Assembly (NCBI GenBank): GCA_963805625.1
Contig: CAWDVE010000007.1
Coordinates: 1 to 51,457 of the forward strand
From: an uncultured Candidatus Rokubacteria bacterium
GTDB lineage: Bacteria > Methylomirabilota > Methylomirabilia > Rokubacteriales > DASRDR01
Reading direction: 5' to 3'
DNA length: 51,457 bases
Position 1 is the stretch's first letter, and each line of letters starts with the position of its first letter. The notes beneath the pieces were generated by a model. The model was not told where the DNA came from and did not search any database. It saw nothing but the letters and a program-made list of their open reading frames with translations. The translations under genes and the position numbers were made by a program. This document shows positions 50,675 through 51,457 of this stretch, piece after piece.

Positions 50675-50872
50675 TAAACCATTGTGTTGTTAGCGGCACA
50701 CCTGACAGATTCAGCAGCCTCTAGAACCCGCTGCGAACTTTGAAGGCGATGAGTCTCTTGATGCTGGACCGGGAGATATGCCGGGCCGCTCGATCATATG
50801 GTTGCCTGAGCAACAGGTTCAACGATTCTCGGGCGATGGATCTAACGAGCCTGGCCATCCCTTTCCGCGGAG

Positions 50873-51008
50873 CGGTTCCAGGACGGTTCCAACTCACGTG
50901 AATGCTTGATGTGGTATACGAGGGACCGTTCAAGGCGCACCCCCGGTTTCACGGGTGGATGAGGGCTGGTGACCGGCGGCGCGCGGTGGACCTCGACGGG
51001 ACTCTTAA
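50873..51008 (+). repeat. Arm B' plus start of the att13 core
   Basis: CGGTTCCA repeat at 50873 and 50884. gggactcttaa, then the IS end. Confidence 0.8.
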
Positions 51009-51457
51009 CCCCAATCGGCGAATAAATCAGGCCACCAGACGGTGAGCGATCTGCCCATACAGTGTCTCGGTCGCGGGGTTCTGGGTCAGACGGAGCACGT
51101 TCCGCCCACCGAGTCGGCTCAGACGCCCGGCCCGGGCGATGAGCAGGAACCGAAGCGTGCGCATGCTGCGGAAGAGGTAGGCGTAGGTGCGCTTCCGGGA
51201 CCGGGGCTTCGGTTCGGCGAGGGTTTCGAGTTGGAAGCTGCGGATCAGATTGTGGGCCAGGATGCTGAGTTGCTGCCAGGCGCTGTTGGCCGCGTAGTGC
51301 TTGGTCGGGACCACGTCGAGCGCGAACTCGCCTTTGAGTTCGGCGAAGGTCTTCTCCTGCGCCCCACGCCCGCAGGCAAAGGCCCACAGCGCCGAGAGTC
51401 CCAGCGGCAGGTTCGTGGCCACGGCCGAGTACTCGTAGTGCCCGTCATCGGGAGTGA
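51009..51457 (-). mobile_element. IS1380-family element, 3' part (transposase 51027 to the window edge)
   Basis: GRGAQEKTFAELKGEFALDVVPTKHYAANSAWQQLSILAHNL. The end CCCCAATCGGCGAATA abuts ctcttaa. Confidence 0.78.

Noticed and set aside
218-51008. Repeats as a CRISPR array
   Set aside because: Spacing is kilobases and irregular, the repeat is a tRNA 3' half, and there is no cas operon.

Overview
GC-rich (about 70% by eye) bacterial accessory region. The gene repertoire resembles Ca. Rokubacteria/Methylomirabilota (inference only). The main structure is not in the ORF track: about 13 same-orientation copies or remnants of the 3' half of a tRNA-Lys(CTT) gene (CTCTTAATCAGTAGGTTGAAGGTTCGATTCCTTCACGGCTCACCA) divide the window into 0.5-14 kb cargo units. 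Most copies are preceded by one of three non-coding arm families carrying an 11-bp-period direct repeat about 131 bp upstream of the anticodon-loop TA, and are followed by a GC hairpin. This looks like an integrase-less, tRNA-anchored cassette array built by serial tyrosine-integrase events; only a C-terminal integrase remnant is left in the window. The att cores are often scarred by TA-nnn-TA insertions, an ISL3-like MITE and IS1380. Cargo includes an extradiol dioxygenase, an ACP/acyltransferase/AMP-ligase cluster, an ATP-grasp locus, two adenylate-cyclase-AAA-TPR proteins, two ABC importers, a probable ceramide/sphingolipid operon (Spt-GNAT-reductase-AUR1-like PAP2), a toxin-antitoxin pair and many truncated genes. 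No intact tRNA, rRNA or CRISPR array was seen.
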